DNA of 41,248 nucleotides from Patescibacteria group bacterium (GTDB lineage: Bacteria; Patescibacteriota; UBA1384; XYA2-FULL-43-10; 1-14-0-10-43-13): assembly GCA_038216025.1 (NCBI GenBank), contig JBBQQK010000002.1, positions 1-41,248 on the forward strand. The letters run 5' to 3'. The notes beneath the pieces were generated by a model. It had not been told where the DNA came from. It saw only the letters and a program-made list of their open reading frames with translations, and ran no database searches. Within the stretch, counting starts at the first letter, position 1; every line of letters starts with the position of its first letter. This document shows, one piece after another, positions 8,707-17,385 of the stretch. Made by a program: the position numbers and the translations under genes.

Positions 8707-9843
8707 TTACTCCAAATCTAATTTTCCTTCATTCAACTCTAAGATTTCAATATCCGGTAATGCTGCTCCGGCGATGCCTTGAATTTCGCCGTACATCTTG
8801 GCTGTATTGTCTGTTAGGCGAAGTATCTGTGATTCTCTTTTTCCCCAGAGTTTTTGAAAAGAAATTTTTTCTCTATCAAGATCGGTTTTCATCATTAGGA
8901 ACGTCTCAACAAGCGCTTCTATCTTTTGGGCAAAAGTGTTTGAGGTTAAATAATTATAAAGTGCCTCCATTTTCTGATCTTTGCCTTGTTGAGCCATCAT
9001 TGCCCCCGAAACATTTATCAGATTCTGACGCATTATTGCGGCTACGCCTTTGATGATTGAGTAGTTGCAAACCCAAATCCCTTTATAAGGGCCGAAACTT
9101 TCAATATCTTTAGGTAATACTTCTGATACCAGTATAGCAATATCGGCATGACAGGCACGGCAATCGTCTTTTAATTTCTGAACCCATTCTTCGGTCCAAT
9201 GCTTCGTCCGCTTTAATTCCCAGGCAATTTTTCCGGCAGACGCTCCCCCGTTGGTATAGACAGCTTGGATAATGTCAGCGCCGTTTATACCTTTTGGCAC
9301 AGGCTCAATATTATCAAGTGGAAAGGCAACCGATAGTAGCTCTTCAATGGAAAGTTCGAGAACTTCGCCCTGTGTCTGCATGGAGCCTTGGTGAGCCTTC
9401 CTCTGTGCTTCCGCTAAGGACTTTTTTGTATCATCAAGTTGTTTTTCTTTTTCGGCTAATTTGAGTTCATACAATTGCTGGGCTTCTTTTGTCGCCTTTT
9501 CTTCGATAGTTTTTTTTTCTTCGAATAGTCTTTTTTGGACCTCTAGGTCCAATCCCTTCATCCTATCTTCTAGATCAGATTTTAATTTCAGAGTTTCGAG
9601 TTCTTTTTTTTGTGATTCTTCCCTTTTTTGTTGTTCGATCTTTTGCTGTATTTCAAACTTTCTTTTTTCGTCTAAAAGTTTTGTTTCCAGTTCTTTGATG
9701 GCGCCAGATTCTTTTTGTGCGAATTCTTTTTCAATCTGTTTGCGTTCTGCGTCGCGTATTTGATCTTTGACACGTTGAATTATCACTTCTGAAACTGGTA
9801 TTTCAGTGCCGCACTTTGGACATTTTATTTCATTCATAGTCAT
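8707..9843 (-). CDS. DUF2130-type protein: zinc ribbon, long coiled coil and a C-terminal PD-(D/E)XK-like domain
   Basis: 378-aa ORF. The N-terminus has CPKCGTEIP. About 150 aa are K/E/Q-rich coiled coil. The C-terminus reads QGEVLELSIEELLSVAFPLDNIEPVPKGINGADIIQAV...GKIAWELKRTKHWTEEWVQKLKDD, a D...ExK spacing like restriction-endonuclease-fold proteins. Confidence 0.75.
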   Translation of the reverse strand: MTMNEIKCPKCGTEIPVSEVIIQRVKDQIRDAERKQIEKEFAQKESGAIKELETKLLDEKRKFEIQQKIEQQKREESQKKELETLKLKSDLEDRMKGLDLEVQKRLFEEKKTIEEKATKEAQQLYELKLAEKEKQLDDTKKSLAEAQRKAHQGSMQTQGEVLELSIEELLSVAFPLDNIEPVPKGINGADIIQAVYTNGGASAGKIAWELKRTKHWTEEWVQKLKDDCRACHADIAILVSEVLPKDIESFGPYKGIWVCNYSIIKGVAAIMRQNLINVSGAMMAQQGKDQKMEALYNYLTSNTFAQKIEALVETFLMMKTDLDREKISFQKLWGKRESQILRLTDNTAKMYGEIQGIAGAALPDIEILELNEGKLDLE

Positions 9844-9885
9844 TACACATTAATTGGTTCAATGATAATAGTATAGCACAAACAG

Positions 9886-9902
9886 TGTTCGGTTTTTGTT
9901 CG
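9886..9902. promoter_or_regulatory. Candidate LexA-type operator (direct repeat TGTTCG-N5-TGTTCG) over the -35 position of the DUF2130 gene promoter
   Basis: The + strand reads TGTTCGGTTTTTGTTCG, 15/17 identical to the site at the lexA promoter (29083-29099). On the minus strand it is followed after 10 nt by TGcTATACT, an extended -10 at 9878-9870, about 27 nt before ATG 9843. Confidence 0.45.
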
Positions 9903-9935
9903 CAGTTATCCACAAGACAATGTTAAAAAGGGTTT

Positions 9936-9971
9936 GGAAAAGGCCCTGTCATTCGCTATTAGACAAGGCCC
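9936..9971 (-). terminator. Intrinsic terminator downstream of trxA
   Basis: Minus-strand RNA forms GGCCUUGUC-loop-GACAGGGCC, 9 bp including one G-U that would be a C-A mismatch on the + strand, followed by UUUU. Confidence 0.5.
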
Positions 9972-10076
9972 CGTGTTCTACGAAAAGGGTTGGCACGCCT
10001 GTAGTGATAACCTATTCGTAGAGTAATAGTACACAAAATCACAAAATAATTCAATGTAACGATTTATAATCGCTAT

Positions 10077-10397
10077 TTAAAGATTATCTTTGATCTTATC
10101 TTCCAGATTTTCTTTGGTGGTTGCCCCTACTTGGCGGGCTTTTTCTTCCCCGTCTTTAAAGACAATAAAGGTTGGCACACCCATTACTTTGTATCGAGCG
10201 GTTATGTCGGGGTTTTCATCGATGTCCAGTTTTATAACCTCAACCTGATCGTTATCTTTAAAGTCTTTTGCTAGGTCGTCAATGAGAGGTGCCATCATCT
10301 GGCAAGGTCCGCACCAGGAGGCAGAAAAGTCAACTAAAACAGTTTTGCTCGATTTCATTAGTGTCTCAAACTCTTCTTTTCCTACTTTTTTGGCCAT
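10077..10397 (-). CDS. trxA: Thioredoxin
   Basis: 106 aa with the WCGPC active site and typical thioredoxin length and context (VDFSASWCGPCQMMAP...GVPTFIVFKDGE). Confidence 0.9.
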   Translation of the reverse strand: MAKKVGKEEFETLMKSSKTVLVDFSASWCGPCQMMAPLIDDLAKDFKDNDQVEVIKLDIDENPDITARYKVMGVPTFIVFKDGEEKARQVGATTKENLEDKIKDNL

Positions 10398-10528
10398 AAA
10401 ATCTCCTTTATTTATTATTCAGTATTTAATTTAGCAAAAAAATAAAAAAACTATAATAGAGAAATGTTGTAAGGTCGTATTTGCCTTCCTGCGCTAGCAT
10501 GGGGGCAAATTTTCTCTATTGATCTTAG

Positions 10529-12970
10529 TTATTTTTGGCTTTCTTGGTGCTTTGATAAAAGATAAATGGCTCCTGCCAAAAATGCTATGCCTACTAGCGC
10601 AATAGCTGGTAGCGCCCAATCGGATCCTTTTAGTTGTTGAATCGCTATTGCCAAAAGGCTAATAGCCCCCCACTTAGTAATTAGTTTATTTTTAAAAGCT
10701 ATACCGCTTACAAATAAACAAACGCTCTCAAATCCAAGGATTAGAGCGTAAAAGTTGGCCTTATCGGTATTCTCGATAGTTTGAAAAAACAAAGGTATGG
10801 TCAAAAATGCGAGAGACAGTACTGCTAAAGTTTGTTCATTAGATGCTTTATTTTTAATTTTCTCTAAGTAAGCCAACAGACCGAAGAATCCAGCCCATAT
10901 GATCATATAGGCGTGCAGCTCTTTAATCTCCCAAAGACTCATAGCGCATTGCAGAGCAATTATCGCAAGGGCGCCAGAAAAATATTTGATGGTATCTGTT
11001 TTTTGAGAAATGCCTTCATAAAAGAATATGCATGCGGTTACAGTTAGCGAGCTTACCATATAATAACTAACCAAGTTATATTCATAGCTATATATTGGGA
11101 AAGAAAATAATATTGCTAACGCATTTGTAAGTAAACCGACAGATCTAAAAATTTTGGAGCGCACGTTGTTTGGTTCCAGTAGGCCTATTAGATAATAAAT
11201 CACTCCGATGGTAGAGTACATCCAAGAGAGATTGATCAGATCAATATTCAAAACCTTTATCATGAAATATGGAATTATTAATAAGATTAGAGCGCCAATC
11301 GCTGTGTTGAAAGATTTTTCAACAAAAATCGAAGCGGAAAAATAAATAGTTGAAAGTAGTACTAAATAAAGAATTGCAAAGGATGAATTGCCATTTGAGA
11401 ACAAGAAGCAAACAGTTACAAAAGCTGAAATTAGAGAAAAGGAAATTGCAATATCTGCTGAAATTTTTTGCTTGAATCGGTTGAAGAAGCAAGCGAGAGA
11501 AATTAATAATAATGTGCAAACAAAATATACACTCGAAAGGAGCTTAAGATGATCACCTTGGTTCAATTCTTTGTAAAGAACAATATACGTAAATGGAATG
11601 GCGACAAAGCCGGCTGCAGCGAGAATTAGGTTTAAGTGGTTCTTTTTCAACAAGTAGGCCACAGCATTGGCAACTATAGCTAGTAATATAACCAATGTTA
11701 GTGTTTTTGGTTCGCTAAGCACGGGAAAAATTGAAAAAACTGTAGCCAGGCTGGCAACAGATGTGAAGATTAATGAGTCATCATTTTCTTTATCTACGAT
11801 GCCTGAGATTAAAGCGTAGATAAGGGCTATTAAAATAAGCGCATACGAAATTACGCTTATTGGCAAGATTGTACTTGAAAGCACCGCACTGACACCTGCA
11901 GGTAACAGAACCAATCCTGCCAGTAGATTTGCTGATTTACTATTTTTGTCTTCGGAGGTAATGCTTAGTAAAATATAGAAAATTGAACCAAGGATTAAAT
12001 TAATTCCAGCTGAGAGCCATCCGTATTGATATACAAGCGCTAAAGAGATGAGCAAAGAAATTGGTTGAAAGGCAAAAGAGCTAAAACCGAGTGGATTTGA
12101 TAGCTCAATAGTGATGTTCCATTTTTTGCTTGCTCTTCCGATCAAGACTGCGCATAGAGCAAAAATGCTCATGCCCCAGAAGAAATAATATACAGGCACG
12201 TTGAAGAGTGAAATGAACGATTCAAAAAGAGATAAGGCAGTAAGGGAAATCAGGTAGTTAAGGTAGATTTTTTTGATCAAGAGAGTAGAAATGGTGTAGA
12301 AAATGAGTGTAAATAAGGAACTAACGAACCAAATTAGATTGCCGCTTGTATGATTGAAGACAAGCAAATAAGCCGACAGTCCTATGAAAGGGAATAACAC
12401 GACCCCAATTGTAGTAAAGGTTAAGCCGGCCGGCTTTATTTTTTCGGTCTTTAAATAAAGATATATGCCCAGAAAATAAAACATCAAAGCAAAGATAGCG
12501 AGAAAAATTGTTTTACCTAGTCCCGATATGATGTCGCCACTGAACCCGATAAATATGCTTGCAGCTAATACAATCAGAAAAGCGCCCACATAGAGAAGGG
12601 CATTTATATTATCAAAGGGTTTAGCGGTGTTAGCTGTTATGCGCCTAGAAAATTCTGGCGAGTCGGTTGCGTATGTATCGGTATAGGTGATATTCGTCTC
12701 GGGATTTTGGTTGTCTGTCGAGATCTTTTCGTGAATAACGCCGGTTGGGGTGGCGTTTGGGTTGCCCAGATAGTTCGATGCCATTATGAATGCTTCTTTT
12801 TCTTTGGCGTCGTCTGTTACTTCGGAACGGGTTTTAAGCTCTCTCGCTATGTCCTCACGGCATTTGTGGATATTGCCGCCAGCATTACCGCTGATTGACT
12901 TTATGATGTATATAATTCCGGCAATCCATGGAACCAGTACAATGGCTAAAATTGGCAAGATAAATTCCAC
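10529..12970 (-). CDS. Large polytopic membrane protein of unknown function
   Basis: 813-aa ORF. It has an N-terminal TM helix, a ~110-aa polar segment, then about 20 hydrophobic helices with no motif I recognise. The GTG start is 3 nt after GGAGG, so the exact start is uncertain. Confidence 0.6.
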   Translation of the reverse strand: MEFILPILAIVLVPWIAGIIYIIKSISGNAGGNIHKCREDIARELKTRSEVTDDAKEKEAFIMASNYLGNPNATPTGVIHEKISTDNQNPETNITYTDTYATDSPEFSRRITANTAKPFDNINALLYVGAFLIVLAASIFIGFSGDIISGLGKTIFLAIFALMFYFLGIYLYLKTEKIKPAGLTFTTIGVVLFPFIGLSAYLLVFNHTSGNLIWFVSSLFTLIFYTISTLLIKKIYLNYLISLTALSLFESFISLFNVPVYYFFWGMSIFALCAVLIGRASKKWNITIELSNPLGFSSFAFQPISLLISLALVYQYGWLSAGINLILGSIFYILLSITSEDKNSKSANLLAGLVLLPAGVSAVLSSTILPISVISYALILIALIYALISGIVDKENDDSLIFTSVASLATVFSIFPVLSEPKTLTLVILLAIVANAVAYLLKKNHLNLILAAAGFVAIPFTYIVLYKELNQGDHLKLLSSVYFVCTLLLISLACFFNRFKQKISADIAISFSLISAFVTVCFLFSNGNSSFAILYLVLLSTIYFSASIFVEKSFNTAIGALILLIIPYFMIKVLNIDLINLSWMYSTIGVIYYLIGLLEPNNVRSKIFRSVGLLTNALAILFSFPIYSYEYNLVSYYMVSSLTVTACIFFYEGISQKTDTIKYFSGALAIIALQCAMSLWEIKELHAYMIIWAGFFGLLAYLEKIKNKASNEQTLAVLSLAFLTIPLFFQTIENTDKANFYALILGFESVCLFVSGIAFKNKLITKWGAISLLAIAIQQLKGSDWALPAIALVGIAFLAGAIYLLSKHQESQK

Positions 12971-13033
12971 AAACCTCCTTTATGATTTATAAATTCATTA
13001 TATATCAAAGTTTGTGTAAATAGTAATTTAGAA

Positions 13034-13480
13034 CTATGGATGGCCTAGTTTTTCCGCTTCTTTCATAAACTTTTTAGCTGATCCAAAACTTTTATATACT
13101 GAGAGAAACCGAAGATATGCAACTTCGTCTGTTTCTTTTAGTTTGTTGATGACAAAGTCCCCTATCTGTTTAGAATGCACCACTTTGCTTTTAAGTCTGG
13201 CAATTTCATGTTCAACGTCATCGATTAGGTTCTCAATGACTGAAGGTCCAAACGGGCGCTTTTCAAAAGCTAAATACATGCCTTTAGCAATTTTTTGTCT
13301 TTGATAATCTTCTACTACACCGTTTCGTTTGAATACCTGAATTTTTGGAGGCTCAATCTTTTCATAGGTAGTAAAACGGAATTTGCAACGCAAACACTCC
13401 CGCCGACGGCGGACGAATCGCTTTTCGTTTCGGGAATCGAGCACTTTTGTTTCAGATTTTTTGCATTCAGGACAAAGCAT
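13034..13480 (-). CDS. nrdR: Transcriptional repressor NrdR
   Basis: 148 aa. It has the N-terminal zinc ribbon MLCPECKKSETKVLDSR...CLRCKFRFTTYE followed by an ATP-cone. Confidence 0.9.
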   Translation of the reverse strand: MLCPECKKSETKVLDSRNEKRFVRRRRECLRCKFRFTTYEKIEPPKIQVFKRNGVVEDYQRQKIAKGMYLAFEKRPFGPSVIENLIDDVEHEIARLKSKVVHSKQIGDFVINKLKETDEVAYLRFLSVYKSFGSAKKFMKEAEKLGHP

Positions 13481-13549
13481 AGATTTAGAATATAGAATAA
13501 TGAATTATGAATCAAGGAGGGCATGCTTGAGTTCAATGGAAGAGTAGGG

Positions 13550-13966
13550 CACGCTTTAGCGTGGCGGAACCCAGCCTAAAGGCTGTACTACAAAAGAATA
13601 TCGTAGTTCAAGCTTTAGCTTGGAAACAAAAAAACCAGAGGGATCAAAATAAGTTGCAAGTTCAAAGTTTATAAAATAGAAAACAAATAAGCTTCTTAGT
13701 TTCACTCCTCCCCTCTCTGAGGGGAGGCTGGGTGGGGTGTGGAATGGAAATATCTCATAATACCACCACTACCCCTCTTCCCCTTGGAAAGGAGAGTAAT
13801 TACAGATTTGATAGATTGCCACGCCCCTTCGGGGCTCGCAATGACAGAACAAAACATAAAAAACCACGAGCAATCGTGGTTTTTTATCATTGAGTATGAA
13901 ATTTACAAAGTAAGAATTAGAGTAGGTATATACCCCCTCTCAATCTCCCCCTACTTTAGGGGGAGA
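13550..13966. repeat. Cluster of short GC-rich hairpin modules in an otherwise AT-rich spacer
   Basis: Three sibling hairpins: CACGC-TTTA-GCGTG (13550-13563), CAGCC-TAAA-GGCTG (13572-13585) and CAAGC-TTTA-GCTTG (13609-13622). Further hairpins: CCTCCCC-N7-GGGGAGG (13707-13727), GCCCC-TTC-GGGGC inside a minus-strand GTCATTGCGAG module (about 13818-13855), and TCTCCCCCT-N5-AGGGGGAGA (13944-13966). Confidence 0.6.
13858..13885 (-). terminator. Symmetric (bidirectional) intrinsic terminator downstream of ftsA-ftsZ
   Basis: AAAAAACCACG-agcaat-CGTGGTTTTTT is an 11-bp stem including the A/T tracts, giving a U-run in either orientation. Confidence 0.6.
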
Positions 13967-13996
13967 AAAATATTTTAAGCCATATACTCTATAATA

Positions 13997-14025
13997 GTTA
14001 AAATAGCCCCGAGGGCTATTTTAAC
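13997..14025 (-). terminator. Perfect 13-bp hairpin overlapping the ftsZ stop codon
   Basis: GTTAAAATAGCCC-cga-GGGCTATTTTAAC. The ftsZ TAG (14016-14018) lies in the stem. The tail after it is only U/A-rich (UAUUAU). Confidence 0.35.
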
Positions 14026-15197
14026 TTACGTCTGATGAAGGCCGGAACTTCTAGTTCGTCGTCATCATCGTCTTGAGTTCTTTCTTCTATTTGAGGTTCT
14101 TGTGATTGCATTTGATATCTCATTGGTGCTGGCGGTTCTCGTCTGATGATCTGTGAAGGCGGAATATCTTTAGTCGGAGTCTCTGAGACTTGGAATCCTT
14201 TTCTTTGTGCTCTTTGCTCTGACTCGAAACCAGTCGCGATCACAGTGATCTTTACCTCACCTTGCATCGCTTCGTCTATAATTGCACCGAAAATAATATT
14301 TGCGTCAGCGTCAGCTGCTTCGGTAATGGCCTTAGCTGCTTCATCTATCTCATACATCCCGAGATCTGGTCCGCCGGTAATATTGAAAAGTATACCTTTT
14401 GCGCCAACGATAGAAAGCTCAAGCAGCGGTGAGTCGATAGCGGATCGGGCAGCTTCAATGGCTCTATTGTCTCCTGTGCCATGACCGATGCCCATAAGAG
14501 CGCTGCCGGCATCTGACATAATGGCTTTCACGTCAGCAAAGTCAACATTGATGATGCCATGGTAAACGATAAGATCGGCTATGCCTTGCACGCCTTGGCG
14601 GAGGACATCGTCTACTATGCCAAAAGCGTCAAATAAGGAGGTTTTTTTATCTATAACTTGCAAAAGTCTGTCATTTGGAATGGTAATCAAGGTATCTACA
14701 CGGTCTTTCATTTCGGATATACCCATTTCGGCGATTTTCTTGCGTCTCTGGCCTTCAAATGAGAATGGCTTGGTAACAACACCAACTGTCAAAGCGCCAA
14801 GCTCTCTTGCGATCTCTGCTACAAATGGCGCAGCGCCAGTACCGGTGCCGCCACCCATGCCGCAGGTAACAAAAACCATGTCGGAACCTTTAAGTGTTTC
14901 GTAAACTTCTTCTTTGTTTTCCTCTACGGATTTTCTACCAACTTCGGGATCGGCACCTGCGCCTAGTCCTCTAGTTGTCTCTTTGCCAATTTGAATCTTA
15001 ATTGGAGATTCATTAAAAGCTAATGCCTGAGCATCTGTGTTTATAGCAATAAATTCAACTCCACGAAGTTTGGAGTTGATCATACGAGTTAGAGCACTGC
15101 CTCCTGAACCTCCGACACCAATTACTTTGATGACAGCAAAGTTTTCGAGATCTGACCCTTTTCTTTCTGGCATTGGCATTCCTTTATTGATTCTCAT
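14016..15197 (-). CDS. ftsZ: Cell division GTPase FtsZ
   Basis: 393 aa with the GVGGSGG and [10 protein letters not shown] tubulin signatures and the C-terminal peptide [15 protein letters not shown]. The start may be an internal Met (M7 or M9). Confidence 0.95.
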   Translation of the reverse strand: MRINKGMPMPERKGSDLENFAVIKVIGVGGSGGSALTRMINSKLRGVEFIAINTDAQALAFNESPIKIQIGKETTRGLGAGADPEVGRKSVEENKEEVYETLKGSDMVFVTCGMGGGTGTGAAPFVAEIARELGALTVGVVTKPFSFEGQRRKKIAEMGISEMKDRVDTLITIPNDRLLQVIDKKTSLFDAFGIVDDVLRQGVQGIADLIVYHGIINVDFADVKAIMSDAGSALMGIGHGTGDNRAIEAARSAIDSPLLELSIVGAKGILFNITGGPDLGMYEIDEAAKAITEAADADANIIFGAIIDEAMQGEVKITVIATGFESEQRAQRKGFQVSETPTKDIPPSQIIRREPPAPMRYQMQSQEPQIEERTQDDDDDELEVPAFIRRKLK

Positions 15198-15204
15198 AAT
15201 TTAA

Positions 15205-16461
15205 TTAAGGCAAAAAATGCTTGAAGGTAGATTTGATTTTCCCAACGACACTTCCAATACCTGGAACATCAAAATCGAAGGTACTCCCTCCTTCGTACTT
15301 ATGATCTTTGCCCCAATACATCAATCCTATGCTTGTAGCATATACTGGGTCATCAAGTTTGTCAACAATTCCGGTTACTTCCAAAACAGGCTTTCCAACT
15401 TGGGTCGGCAAACACATAGTTGATTTGGTCAACTCAAGAATTCCATCGATTTTTGCACCGCCTCCGGTCAATATGACTCCTGCCGGCAACGTGCCATCTC
15501 GTCCTACTTTGCGAAGTTCGTCTTTCGTCATGAGGAATATTTCGTTCAAGCGAGCCTCAATAATTTCGGCGATATATTTGACGCTGGCCAAGCCCTGTTC
15601 GTCTTTGCTTATCTTGTTTAGATCGATTTCTTCTTTCTCGGAAACTTTATCAGGTAGCGCGTAGCCATATTTAGTTTTAATAGTTTCGGCAATATCAATA
15701 TTTGTTCGAAGACCGATAGCAATATCGTTTGTGATGTGTGTTGAGCCGATCGGAATAACTCCAGAGCTGATCAAATCACCTTCTTCGTAAACAACATAAG
15801 AGGTGGCGGTCGCGCCAATATCAATCAAAATAACGCCGATGTCCATCTGACGTTTTGACAGCAAAACTTTAGCAGTAGCAATTGGTGAAAAAACTATATC
15901 TGTAATTTTTACTCCCGCTTGATCCAATGCCTTGGTAATGCTTTTAATTGCATTGGTTGAAGTCGAGATGATATGAGTGTTCACTTCTAATCTTATGCCG
16001 GTCATGCCGATCGGATCCCGGCTTTCGTCTTGGCCATCAATTAGAAAGCTTTTTGGTAGAACATGCAGCACTTCTCTGTTGGGTTTGTTCGGTATTGCCT
16101 TTGCGGCATCAAGAGCTCTAACCGTATCTGTCTCGGAAATCTCTCCGTCAGTGCGGGAGACTGCTATAACGCCTTTGCTTTCTTCTGATTGAATATGCGG
16201 ACCGGAAATTCCCACAACTGCACTTTGTACAGACATGCCGGACATTCTTTCGGCCTCTTCCAAGGCAGCCGAGATGGAAGAAACTGTTTCTTCAATGTCG
16301 ACAATTACGCCTTTTTTTATGCCTTGGTTAGTGCTTTTGCCAACACCAATTATATCAATAGCGCCGTTTTCAACCTTGCCGATGCAGGCGACTATCTTGG
16401 TGCTTCCAATGTCTATTCCGACAGAAATTATATTTTGACTCACTGTCCCTCCGGTTATCAA
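15205..16461 (-). CDS. ftsA: Cell division protein FtsA
   Basis: 418 aa. Actin-like ATPase motifs GIDIGSTKIVA, DIGATATS and ILTGGGAKIDGI. It lies immediately upstream of ftsZ. Confidence 0.9.
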   Translation of the reverse strand: MITGGTVSQNIISVGIDIGSTKIVACIGKVENGAIDIIGVGKSTNQGIKKGVIVDIEETVSSISAALEEAERMSGMSVQSAVVGISGPHIQSEESKGVIAVSRTDGEISETDTVRALDAAKAIPNKPNREVLHVLPKSFLIDGQDESRDPIGMTGIRLEVNTHIISTSTNAIKSITKALDQAGVKITDIVFSPIATAKVLLSKRQMDIGVILIDIGATATSYVVYEEGDLISSGVIPIGSTHITNDIAIGLRTNIDIAETIKTKYGYALPDKVSEKEEIDLNKISKDEQGLASVKYIAEIIEARLNEIFLMTKDELRKVGRDGTLPAGVILTGGGAKIDGILELTKSTMCLPTQVGKPVLEVTGIVDKLDDPVYATSIGLMYWGKDHKYEGGSTFDFDVPGIGSVVGKIKSTFKHFLP

Positions 16462-16514
16462 TCAAGTAACATTTATATTTATAAGTTTACTTTAAAACGT
16501 CGCCGCTATCAATA

Positions 16515-16886
16515 TCAAGCAAAAATATTTCTAATATGAGGTAAAAATATCAGAACAGCCACTACCACTGCAATAATAGAGCTGATCAAAACAGCTCCGG
16601 CCATAGCGTCCTTAACTGCTCTGATGACGTCGTGGTCCTCTGGGTGCAAAACGTCGAAAACCTTCTCGACGGCAGTGTTGATAATCTCAATAGCGAAAAC
16701 CATGATGACGGCCATGAATAGGATAGCGGCTTCAAGTCTTGTTACCTCTAAAATGTAGGCCAAGATTCCCACAAATATCGCAGCCATGGCATGTACCCGG
16801 GCGTTTTGCTCAAAAGTTAATAAATAGGTAACTCCATTGACCGCATGGTAGAAACTTTTGAAAAATTTTTTAAAATTGAATTTCAT
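16515..16886 (-). CDS. dgkA: Diacylglycerol/undecaprenol kinase family membrane protein
   Basis: 123 aa with three TM helices. Motifs FEQNARVH, EIINTAVEKVFD and VKDAMAGAVL are typical of prokaryotic DAGK. Confidence 0.8.
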   Translation of the reverse strand: MKFNFKKFFKSFYHAVNGVTYLLTFEQNARVHAMAAIFVGILAYILEVTRLEAAILFMAVIMVFAIEIINTAVEKVFDVLHPEDHDVIRAVKDAMAGAVLISSIIAVVVAVLIFLPHIRNIFA

Positions 16887-16899
16887 ATTACATTGATTT

Positions 16900-16922
16900 C
16901 CTTCTCCTTGATAAGGAGAAGG
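16900..16922 (-). other. Perfect 10-bp hairpin between ybeY and dgkA that pairs an SD-like AAGGAG
   Basis: CCTTCTCCTT-gat-AAGGAGAAGG. On the minus strand the 3' arm ends 13 nt before the dgkA ATG. Confidence 0.4.
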
Positions 16923-16989
16923 TCAGGATGAGGTATTTTCAAAGCCTCACATACGCCTCTCCTTCTAAAGTTTAGGAGTAATTGAATGA

Positions 16990-17385
16990 TTAAAATGTGC
17001 AATCAATAATCTTGGCATACTTGCCCCATTCGTCGTCATCTGTTTCATGATCATAGCCTAGCAGATGAAGCAAGCCGTGTTTCAATAGTTCTGTAATACT
17101 TTCTCCTCTTGCTTCTGCAATCTCGGGGCAGATCACAATTGAACCGAGTATGTTTTTTTCAACATCAAATTGCTGTTGCGGAAAAGACAATACATCCGTG
17201 GGCAAATTTTTATTTCTGTACTTGTTATTTAGCTCTCTGATTTCTTCTACATCAACAAATAACAGCTCAATTATAATATTACTCTCTTTATCTAATTTTT
17301 CCAGTGATTCATTGACGATATCTTCGCATAACTGCTCGTCGATGGTGAATCCGGCTACTTTATTTTCTATTGTCAAATTGGCCAT
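16990..17385 (-). CDS. ybeY: rRNA maturation endoribonuclease YbeY
   Basis: HGLLHLLGYDHE zinc motif. I prefer the start at MANLTIENK (ATG 17385) over the track start at 17445. It overlaps the upstream gene's end by 26 nt. Confidence 0.85.
   Translation of the reverse strand: MANLTIENKVAGFTIDEQLCEDIVNESLEKLDKESNIIIELLFVDVEEIRELNNKYRNKNLPTDVLSFPQQQFDVEKNILGSIVICPEIAEARGESITELLKHGLLHLLGYDHETDDDEWGKYAKIIDCTF

Noticed and set aside
13702-13978. ORFs 13702-13890 (-) and 13739-13978 (+) in the ftsZ-nrdR spacer.
   Set aside because: They are assembled from the GC-rich hairpin modules (PHPASPQRGEE and SISPYFRGRK are translations of palindromes). They overlap each other on opposite strands and have no SD.
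14146-16539. Long antisense ORFs inside ftsZ and ftsA (for example 14146-14484, 14581-14904, 15308-15664, 16189-16539). Similar ones occur inside clpC, nusA, eno and the response regulator (39514-39903).
   Set aside because: All lie opposite strongly supported conserved genes and have biased, low-complexity composition and no translation signals.
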